In this document: piece by piece, positions 50,572 through 58,768 of the stretch | Layout of the letters: every line of letters starts with the position of its first letter | Numbering within the stretch: position 1 is the stretch's first letter | Notes under the pieces: model-generated | Databases searched by the model: none | Seen by the model: the letters and a program-made list of their open reading frames with translations, nothing else | What the model was told of the DNA's origin: nothing | Position numbers and translations under genes: made by a program | IMG/VR virus record: IMGVR_UViG_3300006735_000026 | Span: 1 to 64,000 of that record | Length of the DNA: 64,000 nucleotides | Reading direction: 5' to 3' (one strand) | Source of the DNA: a virus

Positions 50572-53358
50572 TTATTTTGAGAAAGGATTTCCGTATGCAT
50601 CAACTGCCATACTAACAGTCGCTGCTGCTCTTGTCAAGTCATGGAAGATGGTCATATCACCTGTAGCAGTCCATTTTTGTGCTCCAGGTCCAAGAAGAGG
50701 TGACATCGAATACGAGTAAGTATATGTTTCGGTGATCTCAGAACCAGCTTCCCCTGTTTCTGGGTCAGGTGGATTAAATGTACCAGTGCCCACTTCTTCA
50801 GAATACCCAGGAGATAGAGCAGGAGGAGGACATGTAATATGAGCACATCCAATATCTTGAGGAGTACAAGATAACGAAACTGTGATACCAGTTTGTTTTG
50901 CAGGATCTGCACGATATTGACGCATAATATATTTAGTGAATTTCGACGCGGTAGGCAAATTGGTAAAACTCCCCACACAGGTCTCAATTTTAGTTTCTTG
51001 AGTCGATTTAAACTCAGGAATCTGTTTCTGTGTTATAGAATCAATGTCATCAGAGATCTGTTCAAGAGATCTTGCTTGCTCTTCAAAGAACACTTGCTTG
51101 AATTCATCATCAACTGGTGTCCTTTGTAGGTAATCCAAGGGGTAAGAACTATCCATAATCGCCTTCAAAGGTGCAGTTGCGTCAGAACTATACAAACTCT
51201 GCGGCAATTGATCGATTCTTTCCCTATCAGGGTCCATCTTTATGCTAAATGCTGGTTCTGCATTCTCAAGTTCGGTCTCAGCAGGAACATATTTGTAAGA
51301 ATCTTCAATACTTTGCAGGTCTTCAGCGGTAATTTCCACTGGATTGGGTCCTGTTCCCGATGATGGCGGTAAAGATTTCAACATACCTTGAAATTCCTCT
51401 ACCAAATTCGCTCTATACCCATCATTTTTCTGAATAATGGTAGTAATTTCATCAATATTGTTAACAACTACAGAAACTGGCACGTTTGGATCGTAACCAC
51501 TTCCGCCTTTTGTGATAATTACGGAAGATACACTGCCTCCAACGAAGGTTGCTTCGACTTTTGCGTCATTATTGTCATCTTGTGGTGTTTTTGGAGACGG
51601 ACTGATCTCTAAAATAGGTGCAACTTGAAGATTTACGAACCCAGAACCAGGTCTTGCCGCTGCTGCGACTCTAATTGTTGCATTTTTAGGTGTTCCTGCG
51701 GGTTTTACACTACCAGGAATGGTAAGTTCGTCACCAGCAAGGTATCCAGACCCAGGATTTACAATAATTACGTCAGCAATTCGTCCATCATCACCAACTT
51801 CGATGTTAACAACGCATCCAGATCCTGTTCCACCAGTCAATGTAACGTTATCTGCAGAACTATATCCGTCTTTTCGACTACCTTTGATACTATTGATGTC
51901 TAATTGAACAACTTCTCCGTTAAATGAGAGATCTGTTACCGCTCCATTAGTAATTGTAACGAATGCAATGGGTTGAACAATGCTATTAAACGCATCTGGT
52001 GCATTTCTATTGATGTCTGCCGTAAGGAATTGTAGTGATTTGTTCAAAAATTCATATAAACCAATCAATATTGCGCGATCTTTAATACCATAACCTGCTA
52101 CTACAGTAATAGCATGATTACGATCTGATGTATATTGTGTATCTTTAGTAAAATCTAGTCCATCACCGTCCAGATATGCAACATGATACTGGAAATTATC
52201 TTCGTCAGTGTGGAAAGCGCGGGTAATCTTATGTCCATTGATAGTATCATCAACTCTAAGGATATCAAAACCCTCTGTAGCAGTCACATTATCAACAGGA
52301 CCAACAGCAGTCACCTTCAGATTCATCGTAAAGGTGCTCTGAGAGTTGTCTGGGTGAGTGTGTAGCAAGGTCATTTGGAATACATCATTCACTGCATACC
52401 CTGTTCCTTGATTCAAGAACTCAGTGATGACCCATCTAGTGCCACTGAAGATAGTAGTGTTACCAGTATCATCAAAGATAGGTTCTACTCTTGCTTTTAC
52501 AATAAAATTATCTTTAGTCGCACCACTAGTGAAATCATAGATCTCAAATTCACTCATATTCTCATCACCCTGTTGCCAAGGGTTCTGTGGTGAGATGTAT
52601 TCTATAAATGTTCCCCCTTGAGCACTACCGTTCCAGGCATCTGAATAGGTGACACCATCATAACTCAATGAAAAATCTGTTACACCATTAGGAAGAATGG
52701 TAGATAACTGATCATATGAGAATACAATCTTATTGGAGTTAGTACCAATACCAAATAATGTGGGGTGAGGGCAATCAGGATCGCCTGTAAGGTCTTCCTC
52801 TGCTGTATAACTTATACTCGTCTCTGCAGGTGTAGATGTAAACGAAGGACATGGATGACATATCTGACGACTTCCGCCGTCCCCTCCAGTGCGATCCTCT
52901 GTTTCAATGTAATAACAAGGAATACCTACAATACCTGAATTGACTGAGGTATCATACAAGTAGGAGAACCAAGTGTCTGAGAAATTATAATCAAATGATA
53001 ACTGAGTAGGAAACCAATCTGTATATAATGTGGAGACCGCGCCGTCGTCCCTCCCTCCAGTGTCACAAGGATCTGGTATAGAGAGTTTTCCACAGTTTGC
53101 TGCAGATGTTCCAGTACCAGACCCTGTGGATCCTGCGGTAGCGGCGATTACGTTCGCCTGGATAAAAGGGTACATGACTGCATCATCTTCCCTCCCAGGT
53201 ACATTGTAATTACCCTGTCTAATTGCATTCTGTGGATATTCCTTTACACTAAAAGTTACACCCCCAGAAGACGGAGTGTAAAACTTGCAATGGTCTGGGT
53301 TGGGTCCAACTCCGCTGCATTCTGCAAATCCGTACCCACCTTTAGTTTTGCATCCCAT
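50572..53358 (-). CDS. Cys-containing putative structural protein (928 aa)
   Basis: GxGY repeats shared with tail proteins; located next to PAAR. Confidence 0.7.
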   Translation of the reverse strand: MGCKTKGGYGFAECSGVGPNPDHCKFYTPSSGGVTFSVKEYPQNAIRQGNYNVPGREDDAVMYPFIQANVIAATAGSTGSGTGTSAANCGKLSIPDPCDTGGRDDGAVSTLYTDWFPTQLSFDYNFSDTWFSYLYDTSVNSGIVGIPCYYIETEDRTGGDGGSRQICHPCPSFTSTPAETSISYTAEEDLTGDPDCPHPTLFGIGTNSNKIVFSYDQLSTILPNGVTDFSLSYDGVTYSDAWNGSAQGGTFIEYISPQNPWQQGDENMSEFEIYDFTSGATKDNFIVKARVEPIFDDTGNTTIFSGTRWVITEFLNQGTGYAVNDVFQMTLLHTHPDNSQSTFTMNLKVTAVGPVDNVTATEGFDILRVDDTINGHKITRAFHTDEDNFQYHVAYLDGDGLDFTKDTQYTSDRNHAITVVAGYGIKDRAILIGLYEFLNKSLQFLTADINRNAPDAFNSIVQPIAFVTITNGAVTDLSFNGEVVQLDINSIKGSRKDGYSSADNVTLTGGTGSGCVVNIEVGDDGRIADVIIVNPGSGYLAGDELTIPGSVKPAGTPKNATIRVAAAARPGSGFVNLQVAPILEISPSPKTPQDDNNDAKVEATFVGGSVSSVIITKGGSGYDPNVPVSVVVNNIDEITTIIQKNDGYRANLVEEFQGMLKSLPPSSGTGPNPVEITAEDLQSIEDSYKYVPAETELENAEPAFSIKMDPDRERIDQLPQSLYSSDATAPLKAIMDSSYPLDYLQRTPVDDEFKQVFFEEQARSLEQISDDIDSITQKQIPEFKSTQETKIETCVGSFTNLPTASKFTKYIMRQYRADPAKQTGITVSLSCTPQDIGCAHITCPPPALSPGYSEEVGTGTFNPPDPETGEAGSEITETYTYSYSMSPLLGPGAQKWTATGDMTIFHDLTRAAATVSMAVDAYGNPFSK

Positions 53359-53587
53359 TCTCTAGTTCTCCAATCCTCCGATAGATCTCTTTTAAATTGC
53401 CAGGTAAATTAAGATAGTCCTCATACCCCTCTGGTTTGTAATAAGTCTTGTCTGGGGTAGGTAACTCATTGACATATGATTCCAACGCTTCTAGGCGCTT
53501 GTGGATGGCAATCAGGCACTCATTGACTGCTACCAGGGAATCACCAATACTGACTTCTACTTGATCAGTTTCTTGTTCATTGTTCAT
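53342..53587 (-). CDS. hypothetical coiled-coil protein, 81 aa
   Basis: ORF track; overlaps both neighbours. Confidence 0.7.
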   Translation of the reverse strand: MNNEQETDQVEVSIGDSLVAVNECLIAIHKRLEALESYVNELPTPDKTYYKPEGYEDYLNLPGNLKEIYRRIGELENGMQN

Positions 53588-53747
53588 CTGCTTTCCTCAA
53601 AATAAACCCGAGTCCATCCTCGGTCATGTCATAATCTAGGTTTGTACCGATATCCCATCCCATTGCTTCACATACATCATAAGGAATTGTAAGGATGAGA
53701 TCTCCGTAGTCGTCTTCCTCTAAGGTAGTTGTGAATCTGTGGGACAT
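53577..53747 (-). CDS. AbrB/MazE-like small DNA-binding protein, 56 aa
   Basis: Hand-translated MSHRFTTTLEEDDYGDLILTIPYDVCEAMGWDIGTNLDY...ILRK; pattern L.IP..V...(L/M)GW..G..L. Confidence 0.65.
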   Translation of the reverse strand: MSHRFTTTLEEDDYGDLILTIPYDVCEAMGWDIGTNLDYDMTEDGLGFILRKADEQ

Positions 53748-53751
53748 ACTT

Positions 53752-53970
53752 CTATAGGCGATTTCTGATCTGGGGGTTATCTGTGGGGTTCTTCGTTTTC
53801 CACTCCACCCATAGTGTATATAGATCTTCTACAACTTGAGATGCATACGACGATGCATAATAGTCAGCACAGGCATACATCCGAGGATCTAGGAATGACT
53901 CATGGGCGATTAACTGTTCGATTGCCCATACTCTTGTGTCTTGTCTTTCTACACGGGTCTTGGAATCCAT
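53752..53970 (-). CDS. hypothetical protein, 72 aa
   Basis: ORF track; first gene of the late structural block. Confidence 0.7.
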   Translation of the reverse strand: MDSKTRVERQDTRVWAIEQLIAHESFLDPRMYACADYYASSYASQVVEDLYTLWVEWKTKNPTDNPQIRNRL

Positions 53971-54163
53971 TTTTTACCTGAGAAATTTTTTTAATTCTGA
54001 TGTAAATGATTATTGGAATAATATATCATTCGCTCTGGGGAACCTTTGTAGGTTAGGGTAGTGGCCGATTTTAACATTTAGGGGGCATAAAAACCTGCCA
54101 TATTTAACATTTAGTAGCGGGCCAGTTAGTTACATCGAAGAACCCCAAATACTGTCATTGTCA

Positions 54164-54376
54164 TTATACCTTACTTACCTGTGAGTTGTCAACTACCTCC
54201 CAGAACCATCCGATAGATTTGACATAATCAAAGGGAGACATTCTGTCAGTCTTCGGATACTGCTCAGAACGTTCAATCCGTAACCCGTCGATGTACCTCT
54301 CAAGATCATAAATGCTCTCAAAAGTTCCTCTCAGGTTTTGTTGATTGTCGTAGATTGTGTAATGCATAAGTCTCAA
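54164..54376 (-). CDS. hypothetical early protein (start probably Met at 54367)
   Basis: Directly downstream of a consensus sigma70 promoter. Confidence 0.65.
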   Translation of the reverse strand: MRLMHYTIYDNQQNLRGTFESIYDLERYIDGLRIERSEQYPKTDRMSPFDYVKSIGWFWEVVDNSQVSKV

Positions 54377-54411
54377 AGATACTAAGAGTGTTTCTGAACC
54401 CTTACAGTGTT

Positions 54412-54440
54412 ATTATAGGGCAAAGTGAGAAATAAGTCAA
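54412..54440 (-). promoter_or_regulatory. sigma70-type promoter TTGACT-17-TATAAT
   Basis: -35 at 54440-54435, -10 at 54417-54412. Confidence 0.85.
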
Positions 54441-54554
54441 GAGGGTTTCTGACATTTATCCGAGTATTCTCACAGACCTTGACATCTGTTAGGGGGCGTG
54501 CTAAGAGTACAACAGGAGGAGACATTTAGAGAGATAAAACACACAAATAGGTTT

Positions 54555-54662
54555 TTTTCCACATTTCCACAATTTCCGCATTATCTGTGGAAAAGTATTA
54601 ATCAGTGTCTGTGCGGTTGTTGTTCCTTTGTTTGATAAGAAAATCTCTCCAGTTATTCCACA
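54555..54662. promoter_or_regulatory. cluster of DnaA-box-like nonamers (TTTTCCACA type)
   Basis: TTTTCCACA at 54555, ATTTCCACA at 54563, ATTTCCGCA at 54572, inverted TGTGGAAAA at 54586 and TATTCCACA at 54654, all in non-coding DNA. Confidence 0.6.
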
Positions 54663-54679
54663 GGATAGAAGTTATCTCT

Positions 54680-54919
54680 CTAGTTGTCTGTTTGATGTAA
54701 TCGAGTTGTTGACTCAATGTCGGACCAGAATTGTCGGAAGATGAGGACATTAACTTGTGTGGTGGGACGTTTGCTTAGTTTAGCGATATTAGGGGGCAAA
54801 GGTGTTTCAGCAATGCAGTACGTTATGTAACTATGATCGATGAAAGTAACGAAACCTTTTTGACCCTTAAAGACGATTGTTTCCCCTAGGGTAAAATCAT
54901 CAACGCTTTTCTTTTTCAT
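54680..54919 (-). CDS. hypothetical early protein, 79 aa
   Basis: ORF track; operon packing. Confidence 0.65.
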   Translation of the reverse strand: MKKKSVDDFTLGETIVFKGQKGFVTFIDHSYITYCIAETPLPPNIAKLSKRPTTQVNVLIFRQFWSDIESTTRLHQTDN

Positions 54920-55151
54920 ATGCTAACCTCTCTTTACGTTGTTGATAGTTAGGGAATTGAGAAAGAATGTCGTTGAGTTGTTTTTGCAATTCATTTTTGA
55001 TAGTAATGAGGGACGAATCGTATAGGGATAAATTATCAGTTCGTTTCAGTGATTGTGCTAGTTGATCGATACTGTCGATGGCAATTTCTAGTTGCTCAAC
55101 GTGCTTATCTATTTCCACCAATTCGCTCCATTCGTATAAGACGTGATGCAT
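54900..55151 (-). CDS. hypothetical early coiled-coil protein, 83 aa
   Basis: ORF track; TAATG coupling to the upstream gene. Confidence 0.65.
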   Translation of the reverse strand: MHHVLYEWSELVEIDKHVEQLEIAIDSIDQLAQSLKRTDNLSLYDSSLITIKNELQKQLNDILSQFPNYQQRKERLAYEKEKR

Positions 55152-55288
55152 TACTTTGTGCAGTAACTTACATCTATTTTACACAATTTTTCCATTCGTG
55201 CATCTTGGAGTTTTGAAACGCTGTTAATAGCAGTGAGACCTAGGTTAACAGCGACTAGGATAATAATGGCGCTAAGTGCAAGTCTCAT
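55151..55288 (-). CDS. small membrane protein, 45 aa (MRLALSAIIILVAVNLG...)
   Basis: Hand-translated; TAATG coupling on both sides; N-terminal hydrophobic helix. Confidence 0.65.
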   Translation of the reverse strand: MRLALSAIIILVAVNLGLTAINSVSKLQDARMEKLCKIDVSYCTK

Positions 55289-55425
55289 TAGAAAGTCACC
55301 TGAATTTGATTAACTTCGGGGCGCATCAGATTTGAAGCGTCTTGGAGTGCATCAGCACCGAATCTTCTAAAATCTGGGTTATACCAGAGACAGACTCCAG
55401 TGATAGCGATTAGAATAAATTTCAT
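55288..55425 (-). CDS. small membrane protein, 45 aa (MKFILIAITG...)
   Basis: Internal Met of the listed ORF; paralog of 55952-56131. Confidence 0.65.
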   Translation of the reverse strand: MKFILIAITGVCLWYNPDFRRFGADALQDASNLMRPEVNQIQVTF

Positions 55426-55475
55426 GTGAAAAGAGAGAAGATTAGAAGGGGTTCTAGATTTACTTAGGAAACGAA

Positions 55476-55823
55476 TCATGCGAAGACATAACCGTTATCG
55501 AATTCTTCAGTAACGAATACTTTATCAACGCCATTCTGTCCAGCAAACTTACGAACGAACCACTTATAATTTTTCTGGAATACACCTTCACCAGCGATGC
55601 AGAATTCATCACAAAGTGCATTCAAACGTGATTTAGTTGTATTAGACTGCCAACCACCATCAAAGATAGTCATGTCGTTATCAGTAACTTCAGCGATTTT
55701 GTTACCGTGAAGACGTACAATAGAAGTGCCAGTTTCTTCGTTGAAGTGAACTGTAGTGTTGCCATTGCTCCAGTTGATGTTTTTCTGGATTGCGGCGTTC
55801 ATTTGTGCTTCGATTTTACGCAT
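55476..55823 (-). CDS. conserved phage hypothetical protein, 115 aa
   Basis: VRLHGNKIA...DGGWQSNTTKSRLNAL; has its own promoter cassette. Confidence 0.8.
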   Translation of the reverse strand: MRKIEAQMNAAIQKNINWSNGNTTVHFNEETGTSIVRLHGNKIAEVTDNDMTIFDGGWQSNTTKSRLNALCDEFCIAGEGVFQKNYKWFVRKFAGQNGVDKVFVTEEFDNGYVFA

Positions 55824-55881
55824 GATGAGAGAAGAAGAATGTTTGTGGTGGGGTTGGTTTCCTGCCCCCCCTATGTCCTTA

Positions 55882-55951
55882 ATTATAGACGCTAGCGGGG
55901 CACTTGTGAAGGGGTTTTCTGGATTTTGGGTCCAGTTTGCCGACTGTCACA
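55882..55951 (-). promoter_or_regulatory. early promoter cassette 1 (TTCACA-17-TATAAT plus palindrome)
   Basis: Palindrome GGGTCCAGTTTGCCGACTGTCACA at 55928-55951. Confidence 0.8.
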
Positions 55952-56131
55952 TCAGCGGCGAACGCTCCAACCATTCTCACGAGCGGAGCGGTGGAAAGAT
56001 CCAAGGATGCCGCGCTCACGCTCGGGGCGGATAGTCTCAGCGGCAGACTCTAGAACGTCAGCGGTGGTGCTACGGATTTCAGGGGACTGCCATGCCATGA
56101 CTGCGATGATTGCGATCAGGAGGAGTTTCAT
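55952..56131 (-). CDS. small membrane protein, 59 aa (MKLLLIAIIAVMAW...)
   Basis: Start lies downstream of promoter cassette 2, with AGGA SD. Confidence 0.7.
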   Translation of the reverse strand: MKLLLIAIIAVMAWQSPEIRSTTADVLESAAETIRPERERGILGSFHRSARENGWSVRR

Positions 56132-56156
56132 GGGTCTGTGTTTCCTTGTTGTCTGT

Positions 56157-56225
56157 ATTGTAGCGGTTTTGGATGGGTTGCCAACGGGAAACCCTGATTT
56201 TGGGTACAGTTCCCCGACTGTCACA
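56157..56225 (-). promoter_or_regulatory. early promoter cassette 2 (TTGGCA-16-TACAAT plus palindrome)
   Basis: Palindrome GGGTACAGTTCCCCGACTGTCACA at 56202-56225. Confidence 0.75.
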
Positions 56226-56400
56226 TACCATTCATGAATTCATGCAATTCAGCATAATATTGTTCTTCAGTGTCAAATTTGCGACCATGAATAACACACG
56301 GGAAAGAGTGTTTTTGAAACATAGTGGAGCAGACTTGAACGTCTTGCTTATCATAACCCATTTCGATCAGGGTATTAACGTAGGGATTAGAAGTAGTCAT
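56221..56400 (-). CDS. hypothetical protein, 59 aa (MTTSNPYVNTLIEMGY...)
   Basis: Hand-translated; its stop lies within the palindrome. Confidence 0.65.
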   Translation of the reverse strand: MTTSNPYVNTLIEMGYDKQDVQVCSTMFQKHSFPCVIHGRKFDTEEQYYAELHEFMNGM

Positions 56401-56439
56401 TTGAAAGTGTAGTTAAAAAAAGTTCGGTTAGTGTTAGTC

Positions 56440-56667
56440 TCAGACAGACTCATAAACATCATTGATGAGGTCCCAATCTGCTGCATCATAGTATGCATCA
56501 AAAAACTGATTCCAGAGACCGTCATCATCACAAATGGAGTCAATTCCTGTCATCTCAGTAACCCAATCATAAGCAGAATCGAGGTCAGCGCGAGTATCAG
56601 CGATGAACGCGGAAAGTTGCTGAAGGGCGTCGGAGAATGTGATCATGTCGGTTGCTTTGTTTTCCAT
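56440..56667 (-). CDS. acidic hypothetical early protein, 75 aa
   Basis: ORF track; directly under promoter cassette 3. Confidence 0.7.
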   Translation of the reverse strand: MENKATDMITFSDALQQLSAFIADTRADLDSAYDWVTEMTGIDSICDDDGLWNQFFDAYYDAADWDLINDVYESV

Positions 56668-56673
56668 ACCAGT

Positions 56674-56733
56674 AGTATGGCAAATTTTCGGGCAGATTGC
56701 TAGGGGTCTTGTGCCACTAGTCGAACTGGTTTT
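56674..56733 (-). promoter_or_regulatory. early promoter cassette 3 (TAGCAA-17-CATACT plus palindrome)
   Basis: TGTGCCACTAGTCGAACTGGTTTT at 56710-56733. Confidence 0.7.
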
Positions 56734-56742
56734 TTCCTATTG

Positions 56743-56934
56743 TCAAATGGCGTAGTTTTTGATAAAAGTAAACTCAGTGTCAGAATCTTGCGGGTCTTTA
56801 CCATCAATCAACCACTCTTCACATATGGCAATTGCATCACCGTGGCGCTCTTCATTCATTGCCTTTTGCATCACATCAAACAACGTATCTGCCATGTTAT
56901 CGATACATGTTTCGCGTTCAAAATTCATGTCCAT
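56743..56934 (-). CDS. hypothetical early protein (MDMNFERE...)
   Basis: ATG immediately after the upstream stop. Confidence 0.65.
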   Translation of the reverse strand: MDMNFERETCIDNMADTLFDVMQKAMNEERHGDAIAICEEWLIDGKDPQDSDTEFTFIKNYAI

Positions 56935-56938
56935 GGTG

Positions 56939-57127
56939 TTAGTCAGAAAGGGGAGATTTGTAGCGACGGGCAACAGGAGCGCCCGTGATTACGTCTTGAA
57001 TGTAATTAGACGTTTTGAATTCTTCACGAGGTTGCATCAACTGTTGGATGATAGATTCCTCGTCTTCATTGTTCCAAAAGTCCTGCCAATCAGCAGGGGA
57101 GTTTGTTACATCGGAAATGTTGCTCAT
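56939..57127 (-). CDS. hypothetical early protein, 62 aa
   Basis: ORF track; ATGA overlap. Confidence 0.6.
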   Translation of the reverse strand: MSNISDVTNSPADWQDFWNNEDEESIIQQLMQPREEFKTSNYIQDVITGAPVARRYKSPLSD

Positions 57128-57273
57128 GGTTCTTTAGTGGGGAAATTAGCGCAGACAGCATCACATAGTGTTTTGATTAATCCATCACAATCACCATCGA
57201 TTCTAGATGAGATGATGCAATCAATGTCCTCCATTAGTTGCTCTCTTGCTGTTAGTAATTCGAGTTGAGTCAT
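57124..57273 (-). CDS. hypothetical early protein, 49 aa (MTQLELLTAREQLMEDIDCII...)
   Basis: Hand-translated; fills the gap. Confidence 0.65.
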   Translation of the reverse strand: MTQLELLTAREQLMEDIDCIISSRIDGDCDGLIKTLCDAVCANFPTKEP

Positions 57274-57279
57274 GATTAA

Positions 57280-57471
57280 TTAGTCAATCAGTTTGATGTC
57301 AATTTTAGACCAGTAAGGTAACTCTTTCATCACCCATTGTTCTAGTTTGTTGTTTTGTGCTTTGATTCCCTTTTGTGTTGTTGGACGTGTGGGCATTGTG
57401 CGTTGAAACTCTATTACTTTGAAATCACAAGTTTCAACCCGAATGTTGTAAGTAGCGGTCGTAGTTTTCAT
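57280..57471 (-). CDS. hypothetical early protein, 63 aa
   Basis: ORF track; TGATG coupling. Confidence 0.65.
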   Translation of the reverse strand: MKTTTATYNIRVETCDFKVIEFQRTMPTRPTTQKGIKAQNNKLEQWVMKELPYWSKIDIKLID

Positions 57472-57635
57472 CAGTAGTGAGATTCAGAGGTGTCAAGTTT
57501 GTCAGACCATTTTGCAATGGCATCATAACATTTTTTGTAATCTACAAAATCAGGACCAAACTCATGCAGAAAGTGAAAAGAATAGTTGATGCGATTTTCT
57601 GGGATTGAGAGATGTTTTTCGACTGCTTTGTTCAT
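57471..57635 (-). CDS. hypothetical early protein, 54 aa (MNKAVEKHL...)
   Basis: Start placed after promoter cassette 4 and AAGGA SD. Confidence 0.65.
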   Translation of the reverse strand: MNKAVEKHLSIPENRINYSFHFLHEFGPDFVDYKKCYDAIAKWSDKLDTSESHY

Positions 57636-57659
57636 GTCCTTTGCTTTGTTTGATAACCT

Positions 57660-57719
57660 AGTATTGCATGCCTGAGAGGGGATCACAAGCGCCTGTGTGC
57701 CCCTTTGGCAACTGTCACA
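57660..57719 (-). promoter_or_regulatory. early promoter cassette 4 (TTGTGA-17-AATACT plus palindrome)
   Basis: TGTGCCCCTTTGGCAACTGTCACA at 57696-57719. Confidence 0.75.
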
Positions 57720-57722
57720 GGG

Positions 57723-57890
57723 TCAAAATACGTTGGTCCATCTAATATGCTGATTTTTAGTGATTCTTCCCTCTGCCAACATATTATCGCAAACTGTTGC
57801 AAATACCTGGAACTTTTCTTCACGATTGAGAGCACTACCCTTTGCACAGGTTGTGATAACTTTCAGAAGTTGTGCTTTTGTTTTAATCAT
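57723..57890 (-). CDS. hypothetical early protein, 55 aa (MIKTKAQLLK...WTNVF)
   Basis: Hand-translated; paralog of 58027-58221. Confidence 0.7.
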   Translation of the reverse strand: MIKTKAQLLKVITTCAKGSALNREEKFQVFATVCDNMLAEGRITKNQHIRWTNVF

Positions 57891-58015
57891 TGTGCGAGAT
57901 TCCAGAAGCGTTGTGATGCGATTGTTGCCTGTTGTTCAACAGGTAAATCAGGATATTCTTCCTGAACTTGTTCAAAAAGAGATTCCATAATCTCTTCGTT
58001 TGTGTTACATGACAT
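57887..58015 (-). CDS. hypothetical early protein, 42 aa (MSCNTNEEIMESLFEQV...)
   Basis: Hand-translated; ATGA overlap with the next gene. Confidence 0.6.
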   Translation of the reverse strand: MSCNTNEEIMESLFEQVQEEYPDLPVEQQATIASQRFWNLAQ

Positions 58016-58026
58016 AAGTTTTTCTA

Positions 58027-58221
58027 TCAAAATGGGTTTGTCCAGTTGTTGTACTGATTCATGCTGATTTCATTACACTTGCAAAGCATATCTGTGAAGT
58101 TGTTCCAATCCTCACGCTTAGCGATTGTATCATTTTTGAGTGAAGGATTTTGCATTGTTGCAACTTTCCAGTTGTAACGGAATTGCTCTAGAACTTGTGC
58201 TTTTGTGTAGTGGCGGCGCAT
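58027..58221 (-). CDS. hypothetical early protein, 64 aa (...WTNPF)
   Basis: ORF track; AAGGA SD; under cassette 5. Confidence 0.75.
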   Translation of the reverse strand: MRRHYTKAQVLEQFRYNWKVATMQNPSLKNDTIAKREDWNNFTDMLCKCNEISMNQYNNWTNPF

Positions 58222-58249
58222 GGTGGTTTTCCTTGATTGCTATAAACAT

Positions 58250-58308
58250 AGTATGACACGGAATCAGACCCAATGGGGCGATCAGTGTGCACTTGTTCAA
58301 CTGGTCAT
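58250..58308 (-). promoter_or_regulatory. early promoter cassette 5 (extended -10 TGtCATACT plus palindrome)
   Basis: GTGTGCACTTGTTCAACTGGTCAT at 58285-58308. Confidence 0.65.
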
Positions 58309-58470
58309 CGCCTCGCCCCATTCTTGATCATTTTCCTCTAAATCAAATTCAAACAAATAGTGATCCAAATTTATGTTCAATTCTTTACACCTACGCTGCA
58401 CCTGTTTGTATATCTTTTTAGACTCAAATTCTACTACATGATGTGTAGTTTCGATGAGTTGTTTTGTCAT
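58297..58470 (-). CDS. hypothetical early protein, 57 aa (MTKQLIETTHH...)
   Basis: Hand-translated. Confidence 0.6.
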   Translation of the reverse strand: MTKQLIETTHHVVEFESKKIYKQVQRRCKELNINLDHYLFEFDLEENDQEWGEAMTS

Positions 58471-58495
58471 GATAATGATGCGAATGGTGTGTAAA

Positions 58496-58735
58496 TCAGT
58501 TAGTGTAGTATGTTCCCAATGCCTTAGACATTGTGATTAATTGTTCTTGAATAGTGTTAATCTCTTGCTGTAAGTTCTCTTCTTCTCCATACAGACTCAT
58601 GAAATCAACTTCACTCCAATCCTGCGTATCTACCTTGTTATCTGTAAACATAGGCGTGTAATATAACGTGCCCTCACTGTCAATGCTGTAAGCACATCCG
58701 TGCTGTTCTGATGTAAGAATGACTGTGTTTTCCAT
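58496..58735 (-). CDS. hypothetical early protein, 79 aa
   Basis: ORF track. Confidence 0.7.
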   Translation of the reverse strand: MENTVILTSEQHGCAYSIDSEGTLYYTPMFTDNKVDTQDWSEVDFMSLYGEEENLQQEINTIQEQLITMSKALGTYYTN

Positions 58736-58768
58736 GATGTTTGTGTTAGATAAGATGATGAGTAAGGA

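Noticed and set aside
54448-54474. Eighth copy of the early palindrome (TCTGACA...TCTCACA)
   Set aside because: Spacing is 27 bp rather than 24 and the inner half-sites do not match.
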